Of a DNA stretch of 64,000 bases, positions 1-9,248 are shown one piece after another; the first letter of the stretch is position 1; the number at the start of each line of letters is the position of its first letter. The notes below the pieces were generated by a model. That model ran no database searches, was not told the origin of the DNA, and worked only from the letters and a program-made list of their open reading frames with translations. Made by a program: the position numbers and the translations under genes. The DNA is from Promethearchaeia archaeon (lineage in GTDB: Archaea > Asgardarchaeota > Lokiarchaeia > Sigyniarchaeales > SOKP01), in contig JAWOCD010000031.1 of assembly GCA_046483985.1 (NCBI GenBank), positions 44,571 to 108,570 on the forward strand. The letters are read 5' to 3'.

Positions 1-172
1 ATATAAAAGAAAAAAAATGGAGGCGCCGCTACAGAGTCATTATCTTCATGATTTTAATAATCTATATTATGAGGCTCTCATTTGTCACATTCATTCATGA
101 TCTATTTATGGGCGGCAATTTCAGCGACATATAAAAAATCTTTTTGAAAGATCAGTTCCTTTTTAGCTCATA

Positions 173-1426
173 ATGAGTAAAAGATTTCCCCCCCGCCGAT
201 ATCTTATTTTTCTATCTTCAATCTTGGGACCCCTTACTACCAACGCGATTATTCCCTTATTTGAACCATTGCGAGCGAATTTTTCTTTGGCCACAATCTC
301 CCAAGTTTCGCTGGCAATTTCATTCTATATTTTTCCATTCGCCCTGTTTCAATTATTTGGCGGAACATTTTCCGATGTGGTTGACAAGAAAAAAGTGATG
401 ATTTTAGGGTATATCATCTTTATAGGTTCATTACTCACTTCTTTATTGGCGATCTTCATTCGGGTGTATTGGTTATTCTTACTCGCCTTTTTCATCCAAG
501 GAATAGGGTTCTCCTTTATTAATCCTACTGTGCTGGCCATCTTAAGCATCATCACCCCAGAAGAAAAGGAGGGAGCAATTATGGGGGTTTTTAATTCTTC
601 AGCCGGTATCGGGATTTCATTGGGGTCATTTATTGCAGGACTCCTTGTATCATTGGCAGGGGGATGGAGATATCTATTTATTATTAACCCAATAATATCA
701 ACCCTTTCATTATTTTTATTTTTATACGGGATAAAAGGGTGTGAAGACCTAATTTGTAAACCTTATGAATTGTCCCCGCCGGAGGGGAGTCCCGAAGAAC
801 GTTCATTTTTAGGGAAAACCTTGACACAATTTAAAGAAAATTTAACAAGAGAAATACTCTTATTGGGCATAATCGGGTTCCTATGCTTTTTTACCGTGAT
901 TACGCTAACTAATACCTTGGGTGAGCAGATGATGGTTGCATTACCGAATGTTTCAGATAAAGAAATAGTGAGCATTGTTAGCCTTACCTTAACCATTAAC
1001 GGGTTGATTTCGATCTTTATGTCACCCGTAACGGGTTATGTTCTCAAGAAAATCAGTCCGTTAATTATGATGTTTATTGGATTCATTTTTCTATTGGCCG
1101 TAATTGGTCTTCCACTCGCAGAACATATTCCTACATTCATGGTCCTTAGTTTTCTCATTTACATAGGTTCAGTTTTTATCTGGCCCAGTTTGTTTAAATC
1201 GGCAATGGATTTAAACCCCACCGCAAAAGGTACCAATTCGGCAATCATCAATAGCCTCAGGTTTTTGGGGTATGCATCAGTGGGACCGTTCTATGTTTTA
1301 ATCGGGATTCCAACCTTGTTTATGATCGTCATAATTCTGGATATATTAGGAATTGGTATCTTGATTTTAATTAACCATTTACGAAAATCTTCAAGAAAGA
1401 AGATCGAGAACAAAAGAAAAGAATAA
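173..1426 (+). CDS. MFS transporter (DHA1/Bcr-CflA-like)
   Basis: 417 aa, ~12 hydrophobic segments; motif A-like 'GGTFSDVVDKKKVM'; 'GAIMGVFNSSAGIGISLGSFIAG'. Confidence 0.85.
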   Translation: MSKRFPPRRYLIFLSSILGPLTTNAIIPLFEPLRANFSLATISQVSLAISFYIFPFALFQLFGGTFSDVVDKKKVMILGYIIFIGSLLTSLLAIFIRVYWLFLLAFFIQGIGFSFINPTVLAILSIITPEEKEGAIMGVFNSSAGIGISLGSFIAGLLVSLAGGWRYLFIINPIISTLSLFLFLYGIKGCEDLICKPYELSPPEGSPEERSFLGKTLTQFKENLTREILLLGIIGFLCFFTVITLTNTLGEQMMVALPNVSDKEIVSIVSLTLTINGLISIFMSPVTGYVLKKISPLIMMFIGFIFLLAVIGLPLAEHIPTFMVLSFLIYIGSVFIWPSLFKSAMDLNPTAKGTNSAIINSLRFLGYASVGPFYVLIGIPTLFMIVIILDILGIGILILINHLRKSSRKKIENKRKE

Positions 1427-1683
1427 TAATCGCCCGACATCCAGCAGTAACAATATAACTGTAATAATAACCGCAATTATAGGGGAGAGAAAGGCGGGAT
1501 TGAACATTTGCAGAGATAACAATACCATAGTTGGCGAGGTAAGTGCTCCAGTTATGGACTAATTTTCAATAATCCAAAAATCTCTCCATTGTGAATATTG
1601 AACGAGATATTGTCTACAGCCCAAATATCCCTTTCGGATTCTTTATTATAGAAAACCTTCGACAACTCCTCAACTTCGATCAC
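1389..1683 (-). pseudogene. Remnant of an ABC ATPase N-terminus followed by a short hydrophobic (permease-like) tail
   Basis: 'VIEVEELSKVFYNKESERDIWAVDNISFNIHNGEIFGLL' resembles the N-terminus of the ABC ATPase at 28561..29892 and stops just before the Walker A motif. Another frame continues as hydrophobic 'ITGALTSPTMVLLSLQMFNPAFLSPIIAVIITVILLLL'. Confidence 0.6.
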
Positions 1684-1772
1684 GATTTCTAAGTATATCC
1701 TTGCTCCAATTATTAGATTCAAATGTAATCTTATTGTTATAAAAAGAAAAAGGAAAATATAAACATCTTGGT

Positions 1773-4700
1773 TTAGGCAAACCAAGTTTCTATTGTGAAG
1801 GAGTTTATCCAAAGATAAAGAGCAAGAGTTAGTAAAAACCACAGAGTGAAAAGAACTAGGAATGAAAAAGAGAGCGTGATACCTGTACTCTTAAATTTGC
1901 GTGAATTAAAGTCTCTGAATAGATAAAAGAAGGTAAATAAAACGACAGCAAAAATCAAGCTCAGCATTACCAGTTGGAACAGCGCCCAGTTCACCAAATC
2001 ATAGGAGAATGCAATGAGTGTGCCGAAATCCTTCGAGAGATAATCCATTAATGTATGCTCCCTTATAAAATATACAACATCAAATAAAATCGTTATCGCA
2101 ATCAAGATGGGATAAAGATGCATGAACCTTTGATTAAAGGCTATTGCTTTACCATGATACTTCTCCGTACTTTTATCTAAGATTCTTCTCTTAATCTTTC
2201 TTCCTATAAAGAGAAGTAATACGGAGGTGATGAAGGGAAGGATAAATAACGCGGCCCAAATTGCCGTGTTCACCGTTGCAATCATTTGATAGTCTTGGGT
2301 ATATGCCCATTCTTCCATCTTCCGAAGGATAGAATAGGAAAATGCAAATAACCGAAAAAAGGTTCCGATATAGAGTAAGACAAACATCAACCATTTGGGT
2401 TGACCGAGTGTCTTAAAGATTTTGTCCCGAAAAGATAACTGATTATGATTTTCGTTCTCCTCGATCTCCTTTCCTGGCTCTTTTTCCATGGGGCTATGTG
2501 TTCGGGTTTTACTATCTCTTAATATAATAAAAAAAAGATAAATAGCAACACATAAAAATCCGATCTGTAACAAGGCAGTGATAATATATAAAATCGGATT
2601 AATCTTGAATGAAAATGGTGATCGATATATATCTCCTCCTTCCATTGTTACAATATCGACGTTTGCTGAAAAGGCATGAAAACCAAATCCATTACACGTT
2701 TCTTGGAGTTGATCATGATTATTTAATCGAATAAGATTAGATCCAAACGTGGAAACACAATCAGCATGATGTTCCTTTTTCCAGCCAGGATATCCGATAT
2801 TCATGGACAGCATTGCCCCATAGGCATAAATCTCATAACTCATTTCATCTAAGTGGGTATGGGATTGATGATATGTTTTTGCATTAAAACTGACAAACAC
2901 AGCACTCTTATTCCAACTTGAGCGAAGGGCGCCATTCCCCCCTCGATTTGAAAGCCATGATAACCGATTTTGAGGCGGAGACTCTGGAGCGGTAGAAAGA
3001 TTTTGCCAACAAAATAATTCCAAGTAAAGATAGTTATCCCGGACATTAATAAAAGAACTCTGATTTTGAATGTGATAAAAATGAGCAATTTTTTGTCTTA
3101 ACTTATTGTTTTCCGTCAAATGACTATATGACCGCAACCAGAGCGCTTGTCGAGCTCCGTCAGAAGCATCTTCATAATGTGGATAAACGCCCGTTGGACT
3201 AAGCATATCAAGCGTCCGTTCATAAAATCGTTCAACTTTGCCATTCTCCTTAAGATAATCAACGAGATTTAAACGATTCATTGCATATAGGAAGGGCATA
3301 AGGCTTTGGAAGCCAAAATGCGCATAATTAAAGGATTCAATTGGTATGCCATCAACGGTCTCCTCGGAGATAAAGGTTTCGGTTTCATCCAGTGCAATTT
3401 GCAATAAATCTTTATCTTGGGTAACCATGCCAACAAGCCCCACAGAATTCATATTCACGGCAAGATGATTATTTAAGGGAGTAATATCATGCGGTTCTGC
3501 TAAAGGAACCACGAATTCTTTTAGGTTTTGGGCATATTGCTCTTGCTCTTTCTCTGTTAAATTTTGATATACGGCATCGTAAGCAATTATTGCCCCATAT
3601 GACATTAAAGCGGAATCCAATGTCTGTTTGCTGCTATAATGATAATCCATGAGATTTGCCAAAACAAGTTTAATTTTTTCAAGCGCAGATTTGTCTCCCT
3701 CGTAATAATGTAAAACCCATCCAATCAACCCCCGTCTCATTATGGGATGCGATACATTCTCATAGGTCAGGGTTCCGTCATCCTTGAAGATCAGATCTTC
3801 TGATGTTTCTGTTGTTTCATTTAATGAGTTATAGAAGGAATTTAATGGATTCGAACTGTGTAATTTTGAAAGCACATTATCTATATCCTCCTCTTCATAG
3901 AGAAGATAAGGATGAGTGAGATCTTGAATTTTATCTAAACACCTTTCTGCTGAAATTACCTCATGATCCTCCACTTCTATTTCAGCCACATTCTCATATT
4001 GTCCTCCCAAAGTATAGTTTCCTGGCTCAGAGAAATGTATTGTTACTAATCCGTTTGAATAATCATAAAGATGGGGGTCGCCGTTAACTTCTATGCTTTC
4101 CGGCTCCGGCATTCTTAATTTTATAGTACAAGGATTTATAACTTCAAGTTGTCCCGATAACTCAGTGTTGGAAATTGAAAAGCTCCCAGAAACTTTCTCC
4201 GTTGAGTGAAAATAAATATCCTCTCCTTCTTGTAATTTAGTGGCTTTTTGAAATCCCAAGGAAAATAAATGATTCGTGTTATTAGCCCGTAAATAGAAAG
4301 TCTCGGCATCAGCCGTCCAACCTTCCACTTCCTTGGTTAAAGATCCTTGTTGTTGTGGAAAGCGGCTCCAGAAGATATCATATGTTTCTTCATGGTGCAC
4401 TTGGAAGCACGTTTGATTTTTATCATTTTTCAAAACATCCACTTTCGGGAGTGTCATTGATTCGTTTAGCGGAAATAAGAGAGTACTAATCTGCTGGGGA
4501 CCGTTGGTATCTGCGATTAAATAGGGAGCTGTTTGATCGGCCCCAGAGGTTGCAAAACTTTCACCAGATTGAAAACTCATTTCTGAGGTAATGATTCGTC
4601 CGTATAATTTTACTTCATTCCCCTCAAAATCATCATTAGCAGTGAAATTCCAACTCTGAGCATCTTCATCCAATGTGAGATTTTCTCGACCGTGTTGGAT

Positions 4701-4910
4701 CCATTCAACCTCCATTCCTTTCTTAGTAATGATATCATCCTTAATGATAAAATATGGAGTTTCATTATTGGTCGATTTCATAAACCAGATATCCCGATTT
4801 ACGGTACCATTATCGGGAAATTGTTCGTTCAAGAAAGGATATATTAGGAATAATGAGCCTATAATCGCAGCAATAATTACTATTGCTATTTTTCTTTTAG
4901 AAACTCTCAT
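1773..4910 (-). CDS. Membrane-anchored heparinase II/III-like polysaccharide lyase (apparently circularly permuted) with a C-terminal multi-TM domain
   Basis: N-terminal signal anchor; 'HPYLLY' toroid start; 'PLNNH'; 'ESFNY'; 'LRSSWNKSAVFVSF...HQSHTHLDEMSYEIYAYGAMLSMNIGY...SNLIRLNNHDQ' Hepar_II_III motif; ~6 C-terminal TM helices. Confidence 0.75.
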   Translation of the reverse strand: MRVSKRKIAIVIIAAIIGSLFLIYPFLNEQFPDNGTVNRDIWFMKSTNNETPYFIIKDDIITKKGMEVEWIQHGRENLTLDEDAQSWNFTANDDFEGNEVKLYGRIITSEMSFQSGESFATSGADQTAPYLIADTNGPQQISTLLFPLNESMTLPKVDVLKNDKNQTCFQVHHEETYDIFWSRFPQQQGSLTKEVEGWTADAETFYLRANNTNHLFSLGFQKATKLQEGEDIYFHSTEKVSGSFSISNTELSGQLEVINPCTIKLRMPEPESIEVNGDPHLYDYSNGLVTIHFSEPGNYTLGGQYENVAEIEVEDHEVISAERCLDKIQDLTHPYLLYEEEDIDNVLSKLHSSNPLNSFYNSLNETTETSEDLIFKDDGTLTYENVSHPIMRRGLIGWVLHYYEGDKSALEKIKLVLANLMDYHYSSKQTLDSALMSYGAIIAYDAVYQNLTEKEQEQYAQNLKEFVVPLAEPHDITPLNNHLAVNMNSVGLVGMVTQDKDLLQIALDETETFISEETVDGIPIESFNYAHFGFQSLMPFLYAMNRLNLVDYLKENGKVERFYERTLDMLSPTGVYPHYEDASDGARQALWLRSYSHLTENNKLRQKIAHFYHIQNQSSFINVRDNYLYLELFCWQNLSTAPESPPQNRLSWLSNRGGNGALRSSWNKSAVFVSFNAKTYHQSHTHLDEMSYEIYAYGAMLSMNIGYPGWKKEHHADCVSTFGSNLIRLNNHDQLQETCNGFGFHAFSANVDIVTMEGGDIYRSPFSFKINPILYIITALLQIGFLCVAIYLFFIILRDSKTRTHSPMEKEPGKEIEENENHNQLSFRDKIFKTLGQPKWLMFVLLYIGTFFRLFAFSYSILRKMEEWAYTQDYQMIATVNTAIWAALFILPFITSVLLLFIGRKIKRRILDKSTEKYHGKAIAFNQRFMHLYPILIAITILFDVVYFIREHTLMDYLSKDFGTLIAFSYDLVNWALFQLVMLSLIFAVVLFTFFYLFRDFNSRKFKSTGITLSFSFLVLFTLWFLLTLALYLWINSFTIETWFA

Positions 4911-4972
4911 AGATGGGGATACAAATATGTAAAATGTATAAGAAATAAAAAAGATTACAGAAAAGTATAATT

Positions 4973-5314
4973 TTATTCCTTATTGGCTGATTTTGTAAGT
5001 CTCGTAGTTACCACGTCATTTAAGGCCCCAAAACCGATTCCCGCGAACAAATATGTAATTGTAAGCGTTTGCTGGAAGAATGCAAATCCAGCGGAAACAA
5101 ATGCTCCAATCAAGGCACCACGAAAAATTGAGTTAGGGATAGAATCCTTTCCCTTGTAAATTCTGATTTCCCCAGCAAGCCCAATTAAGGCGCCCATAAC
5201 GACCCGATTATACCAAGCCCCAATTAAATAAATTACCGGATTCAAAAGAAGGAAAGAATATAATTGAAAAGAGATCTTCTTCCTCTCTCTTGATTCAAGC
5301 AACCCAAGTTTCAA
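4973..5314 (-). CDS. Small hydrophobic membrane protein
   Basis: 113 aa, 3-4 Gly-rich hydrophobic helices; lies between the two lyase paralogues and overlaps the end of the upstream one. Confidence 0.6.
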   Translation of the reverse strand: MKLGLLESRERKKISFQLYSFLLLNPVIYLIGAWYNRVVMGALIGLAGEIRIYKGKDSIPNSIFRGALIGAFVSAGFAFFQQTLTITYLFAGIGFGALNDVVTTRLTKSANKE

Positions 5315-8300
5315 TGGTGAATGAATTGATTACGCCGTGCAAGATGAGAGATAACCAGGTCCATAACAAAATAAATATCAATGAAACGATCAGCAAACGG
5401 AGAGAATATTTCTTGCTCTCTTTAGGATTCAAGGAATAATACTTATATATAAACACTGCAATAATAAATGTAAATAAGAGACCCATAACTCCCACTTGAA
5501 ATAACATCCAATCTACAAACTCAAGGGCAAATCCGGACACGGTACCGAATCGCTTAGATATGAGATCCATAATCCGGTATTCCCGAACATATATTGCAAA
5601 ATCAAGTAAAAAGAGAAATATTCCAGCAGCAATTACTATATAGGACATGCGCCTTTTAAGTTCGGGATATATGTCGGAATTTTGATGAGTCGACGTGGCG
5701 ATTATTTTTTTATGGACTCTCCAGAAGAGGAGATACAGAACAACGGTGAATATTAACGGCAATACAAATAACATTACCCATACAATATTGGTAATCGCAT
5801 TTATCAATTCATAATCGCGTGTATATGACCATTCGGTTAATTTTCGCAAAATGGAATGCGCAAATGCATAGATTCGAAAATGGAGCCCAAAATACACTAA
5901 GGTTATTATTTGAAACACCTTCCATTGATAGATGAGACGATCATCAATAGGGGTGTAAAACTGACTTGGCAAGTTTATGAGGGTATTATTGCCTCCAGAT
6001 CCGTTATTTTGCTCTGTAGGTAGTTTTGCTTCGTTTTTATCTTCTCTTTCCTTAGTTTCCTCATAGCGTTTGTCCATTTTCAATAAAAGAAAGTAATAAA
6101 ATGCAATCGCTGCAAATGAGATTTGAAGAATTATAATAATAATATAAAAGATTGGATTTTGGGTAAGTGCATAGGGAGATCTATAAAGATCACCCCCATC
6201 CATAGCGATGATATCCACTTCTTTTGAAAATGCATGAAATGAAAAACCATCACAGGTCTCTTGCAATTGATCTTGATTATTTAGACGAATTGAATTAGAG
6301 CCCACTGTGGAGACACATTCAGAATGCCCTTCTTCTTTCCATCCTGGAAAACCCGAATTCATGGAGATTAATGCGCCATAAGCATAAATTTCATAACTAA
6401 GCTCATCCAATTGCGTATGTGATTGATGATAAGTCTTCGCATTCATGCTGATAAATACTGCGTCTCGATCCCAATCGGTCCGGAGAGCTGCATTTCCCCC
6501 TTTATAAGAGAGCCAAGAAGTTCTATTAGGAGATGGATCACTCGGCGAGGGGAGATCTTTCCAACGGAATAATTCCATAAAAAAATATTTGTTCTCAAGA
6601 TTATATATCGAGCTTTGGTTTTGCCAATTGTAGAAGAAGGAAATTTTTTTCCGTAATTCATCATTTTCCGTTAGATGCGCAACTTGTCTGAATTCAATGG
6701 GAGGGCGCCAATCATCAAAAGCATCTTCATAATGGGGAAACATTCCTATTGGACTCATTATATCCAGTGCGCGATCATAATATCTGTCAATAATTCCCCC
6801 TTTTTTATAGTAATCCATAATGCCGAGTCGTGACATAGCATAAAAATAGGGAGCTGCAAGATGATGCCCAATGGTTGCAATTGAAAAAGACTCAATGGGA
6901 ATTCCGTCTACCGTTTCCGCAGCTAAAAAATTGCTCATTTCATTAATAGCCAATTGCACCAAGTCTGGATCTTTTGTAACCAAACCGACAAGGCCCAAAG
7001 CACCCATATCTGTCGCGAGGTGGTTATTAAGCGGGATAACATCATGGGCCTCTTTTATGGGGTTGACAAAGGTCTTAAGATTCTCTGCATATTCCTCTTG
7101 TTTCGAGGTGGTGAGGTTATTATAAATTGTATCATAGGCAATTGCAGCACCAGAGGCGATTTGGGCGGTATCCAAGGTCTTTCCGGTATAATGGAGATAA
7201 TCGGGTATCTTCTCGAGAACCTTCTTTATATTCTTCAGTGCATCTTTTTCCCCCTCCAGAACTTGGAGACTCCAGCAGATTAATGCATGTTTAAACGGAT
7301 CTCGTTCAAGATCTTCAAAAGAAACCTCACCATCCAGAAAAATTCGCGTTTCAAATTCTGCGGTATCGTCTATTAGATCTTGATAAAAATCCTCTGTCGG
7401 TGAAGGGGGATTTTCATTCAAGACATCGGGAATCTCGGAATCATCAAACACTAAGTAGGGATGGTTTTTATCTTTTATTTTCTTTATGGCTTCGCTACCA
7501 GAAGGTGTTGAATACTCCTCAATTTCCATCTCTCCGTAGTTGCTATACTGATCTCCTAAAGTATAATTTCTTGATGCCTCAAAATCCAGAATCAACTTAC
7601 CATCTTCATAGATATACTCTGAAGAATCCGCAAGATCTCCATTAATTAAAAGCGATTCGGGTTCAGGAATATGTAACTCAACTTGGCAAGGTTCTTTAAT
7701 GGAAAGCGTCCCGTCTAATCCCGCTTCTGTAAATGAAAGTGAACCCGAAATAGGTTCAGATGATAAAAAATGAGTTTCTGCTCCCTTATCTAAGCGAGTA
7801 GCATCCTTAAATCCCATAGACAGGGGATCATCACTTTCGTTGGTTCTTAGGAAAAAAGATTGGGCAGTTGGTATCCAATCATCAACTTCGTGGGTAATTT
7901 TCTCTTTTTGCTCATCATATCGACTCCAGAAAATGTCCTCTGTGGAATTATGGTTAATCCGAAAAGATGTCTCATTTTTTTGGCTTTTTAAAACATCAAT
8001 TTCTGGGAGTGTTCTAGTTTCATTAAGTGGAATTAAAATCGTAGGAATCTGCTGAGACCCTTGAACCTTTGCAAGGAGATACGGCGCTTCATTATTTTCA
8101 GTAACTGAAGCAAATCCCATTTTTTTCTCAAATTCCACATTATCCGTGAGCATCTTTCCATATAATTTAACTTGATCCTCTTGAAAATAATCCCGTGTGG
8201 TAAAGTTCCATTCATGCTTTCCAGCATTTATTGATAGATTATCCTTCCCATGCTGAATCCATTCTACCTCTTGATTATTCTGCGTGTATACATCATCAAT

Positions 8301-8462
8301 AAAAATAAAATACGGAGATTCTTCATTCGTGGGTTTTATAAACCAGATTTCACGCTCTACTGTACCGTTATCTGGGAATTCCGAAAAAAGTAAGGGATAA
8401 AATAAAAAACTACTGATCGCTATTCCCAGACACACGAGAATCGTTACCTTAGTCTTGGCCAT
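5295..8462 (-). CDS. Paralogue of the membrane-anchored heparinase II/III-like protein
   Basis: Colinear with 1773..4910 over its full length (FPDNGTV.R.IWF, EVEWIQHG, PLNNHLA, AKTYHQSHT.LDE.SYEIYAYGA, INSFTIETW.A). Confidence 0.75.
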   Translation of the reverse strand: MAKTKVTILVCLGIAISSFLFYPLLFSEFPDNGTVEREIWFIKPTNEESPYFIFIDDVYTQNNQEVEWIQHGKDNLSINAGKHEWNFTTRDYFQEDQVKLYGKMLTDNVEFEKKMGFASVTENNEAPYLLAKVQGSQQIPTILIPLNETRTLPEIDVLKSQKNETSFRINHNSTEDIFWSRYDEQKEKITHEVDDWIPTAQSFFLRTNESDDPLSMGFKDATRLDKGAETHFLSSEPISGSLSFTEAGLDGTLSIKEPCQVELHIPEPESLLINGDLADSSEYIYEDGKLILDFEASRNYTLGDQYSNYGEMEIEEYSTPSGSEAIKKIKDKNHPYLVFDDSEIPDVLNENPPSPTEDFYQDLIDDTAEFETRIFLDGEVSFEDLERDPFKHALICWSLQVLEGEKDALKNIKKVLEKIPDYLHYTGKTLDTAQIASGAAIAYDTIYNNLTTSKQEEYAENLKTFVNPIKEAHDVIPLNNHLATDMGALGLVGLVTKDPDLVQLAINEMSNFLAAETVDGIPIESFSIATIGHHLAAPYFYAMSRLGIMDYYKKGGIIDRYYDRALDIMSPIGMFPHYEDAFDDWRPPIEFRQVAHLTENDELRKKISFFYNWQNQSSIYNLENKYFFMELFRWKDLPSPSDPSPNRTSWLSYKGGNAALRTDWDRDAVFISMNAKTYHQSHTQLDELSYEIYAYGALISMNSGFPGWKEEGHSECVSTVGSNSIRLNNQDQLQETCDGFSFHAFSKEVDIIAMDGGDLYRSPYALTQNPIFYIIIIILQISFAAIAFYYFLLLKMDKRYEETKEREDKNEAKLPTEQNNGSGGNNTLINLPSQFYTPIDDRLIYQWKVFQIITLVYFGLHFRIYAFAHSILRKLTEWSYTRDYELINAITNIVWVMLFVLPLIFTVVLYLLFWRVHKKIIATSTHQNSDIYPELKRRMSYIVIAAGIFLFLLDFAIYVREYRIMDLISKRFGTVSGFALEFVDWMLFQVGVMGLLFTFIIAVFIYKYYSLNPKESKKYSLRLLIVSLIFILLWTWLSLILHGVINSFTIETWVA

Positions 8463-8652
8463 TTTTCTTCGAAATTAGTTCAAAATGATATTTTTTGTTT
8501 TGATTAATCTAAGTAAGTAAGTTAAATTAATCTTTAATTTTCTATCTGCTTGCTTAGTTTTAATGAAATATAAAAATTAATTAATTATTAAAAGTAAGTA
8601 TAAATTAATTTGTTAATTTGACAATGATAATTATATAATCTAAAGGATTAAT

Positions 8653-9168
8653 ATGGCAAAAAATAAGATATTCATGTTCGGGTTAGATAATGCTGGAAAG
8701 TCTACTTTAAGTGAATATATCAGAAAGGAAAAGGTATTGGATGATCCAAAACCCACAAAATCTTTTAATATTAATGATATGATCCTAGATGATTTGGAAT
8801 ACATTCTCTGGGACGTACCAGGGCAAATTAAATTCAGAAAAAAGTGGAAAAAAGGAGTATTGGACACAAATATCTTGGTCTTCGTCTTAGATACCGCAGA
8901 TAAAGAACGCTTCGATGAGGCAAAAAAAGAATTATATCGTGTACTAAACGATTTAGAAACGCGAAGCGTCCCCTTAATTGTATGTTTTCATAAAATGGAT
9001 TTAGATGAGGCTCAGTCTAACTTTAAGGAAGCCAAAGAAACGTTGGAACTGTCCAGAATCGAGGAAAGGGAAGGATATTGGTTTAAAACCTCTGTTAAAA
9101 ATGGGGTAGGAATCGATGATTTAAAAGATAAACTAGTCGACCTTGTAGAAAAATCTCGCTGGGGATAG
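8653..9168 (+). CDS. Arf/Arl-like small GTPase (Ras superfamily)
   Basis: G1 GLDNAGKST, G2 PT, G3 WDVPGQ, G4 HKMD, G5 TSVK; 171 aa. Confidence 0.9.
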   Translation: MAKNKIFMFGLDNAGKSTLSEYIRKEKVLDDPKPTKSFNINDMILDDLEYILWDVPGQIKFRKKWKKGVLDTNILVFVLDTADKERFDEAKKELYRVLNDLETRSVPLIVCFHKMDLDEAQSNFKEAKETLELSRIEEREGYWFKTSVKNGVGIDDLKDKLVDLVEKSRWG

Positions 9169-9248
9169 TTTTCTACTTTTAAAATTTCAATTAATCTTTT
9201 TATGTTTAAAACCCTTATCAAGGGTTTTTTCAACCTTTGAAAAAACAT

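Noticed and set aside
18-40. tRNA 3' end (…GGCGCCTCCA on the minus strand)
   Set aside because: No T-loop (GTTCRA) or cloverleaf upstream.
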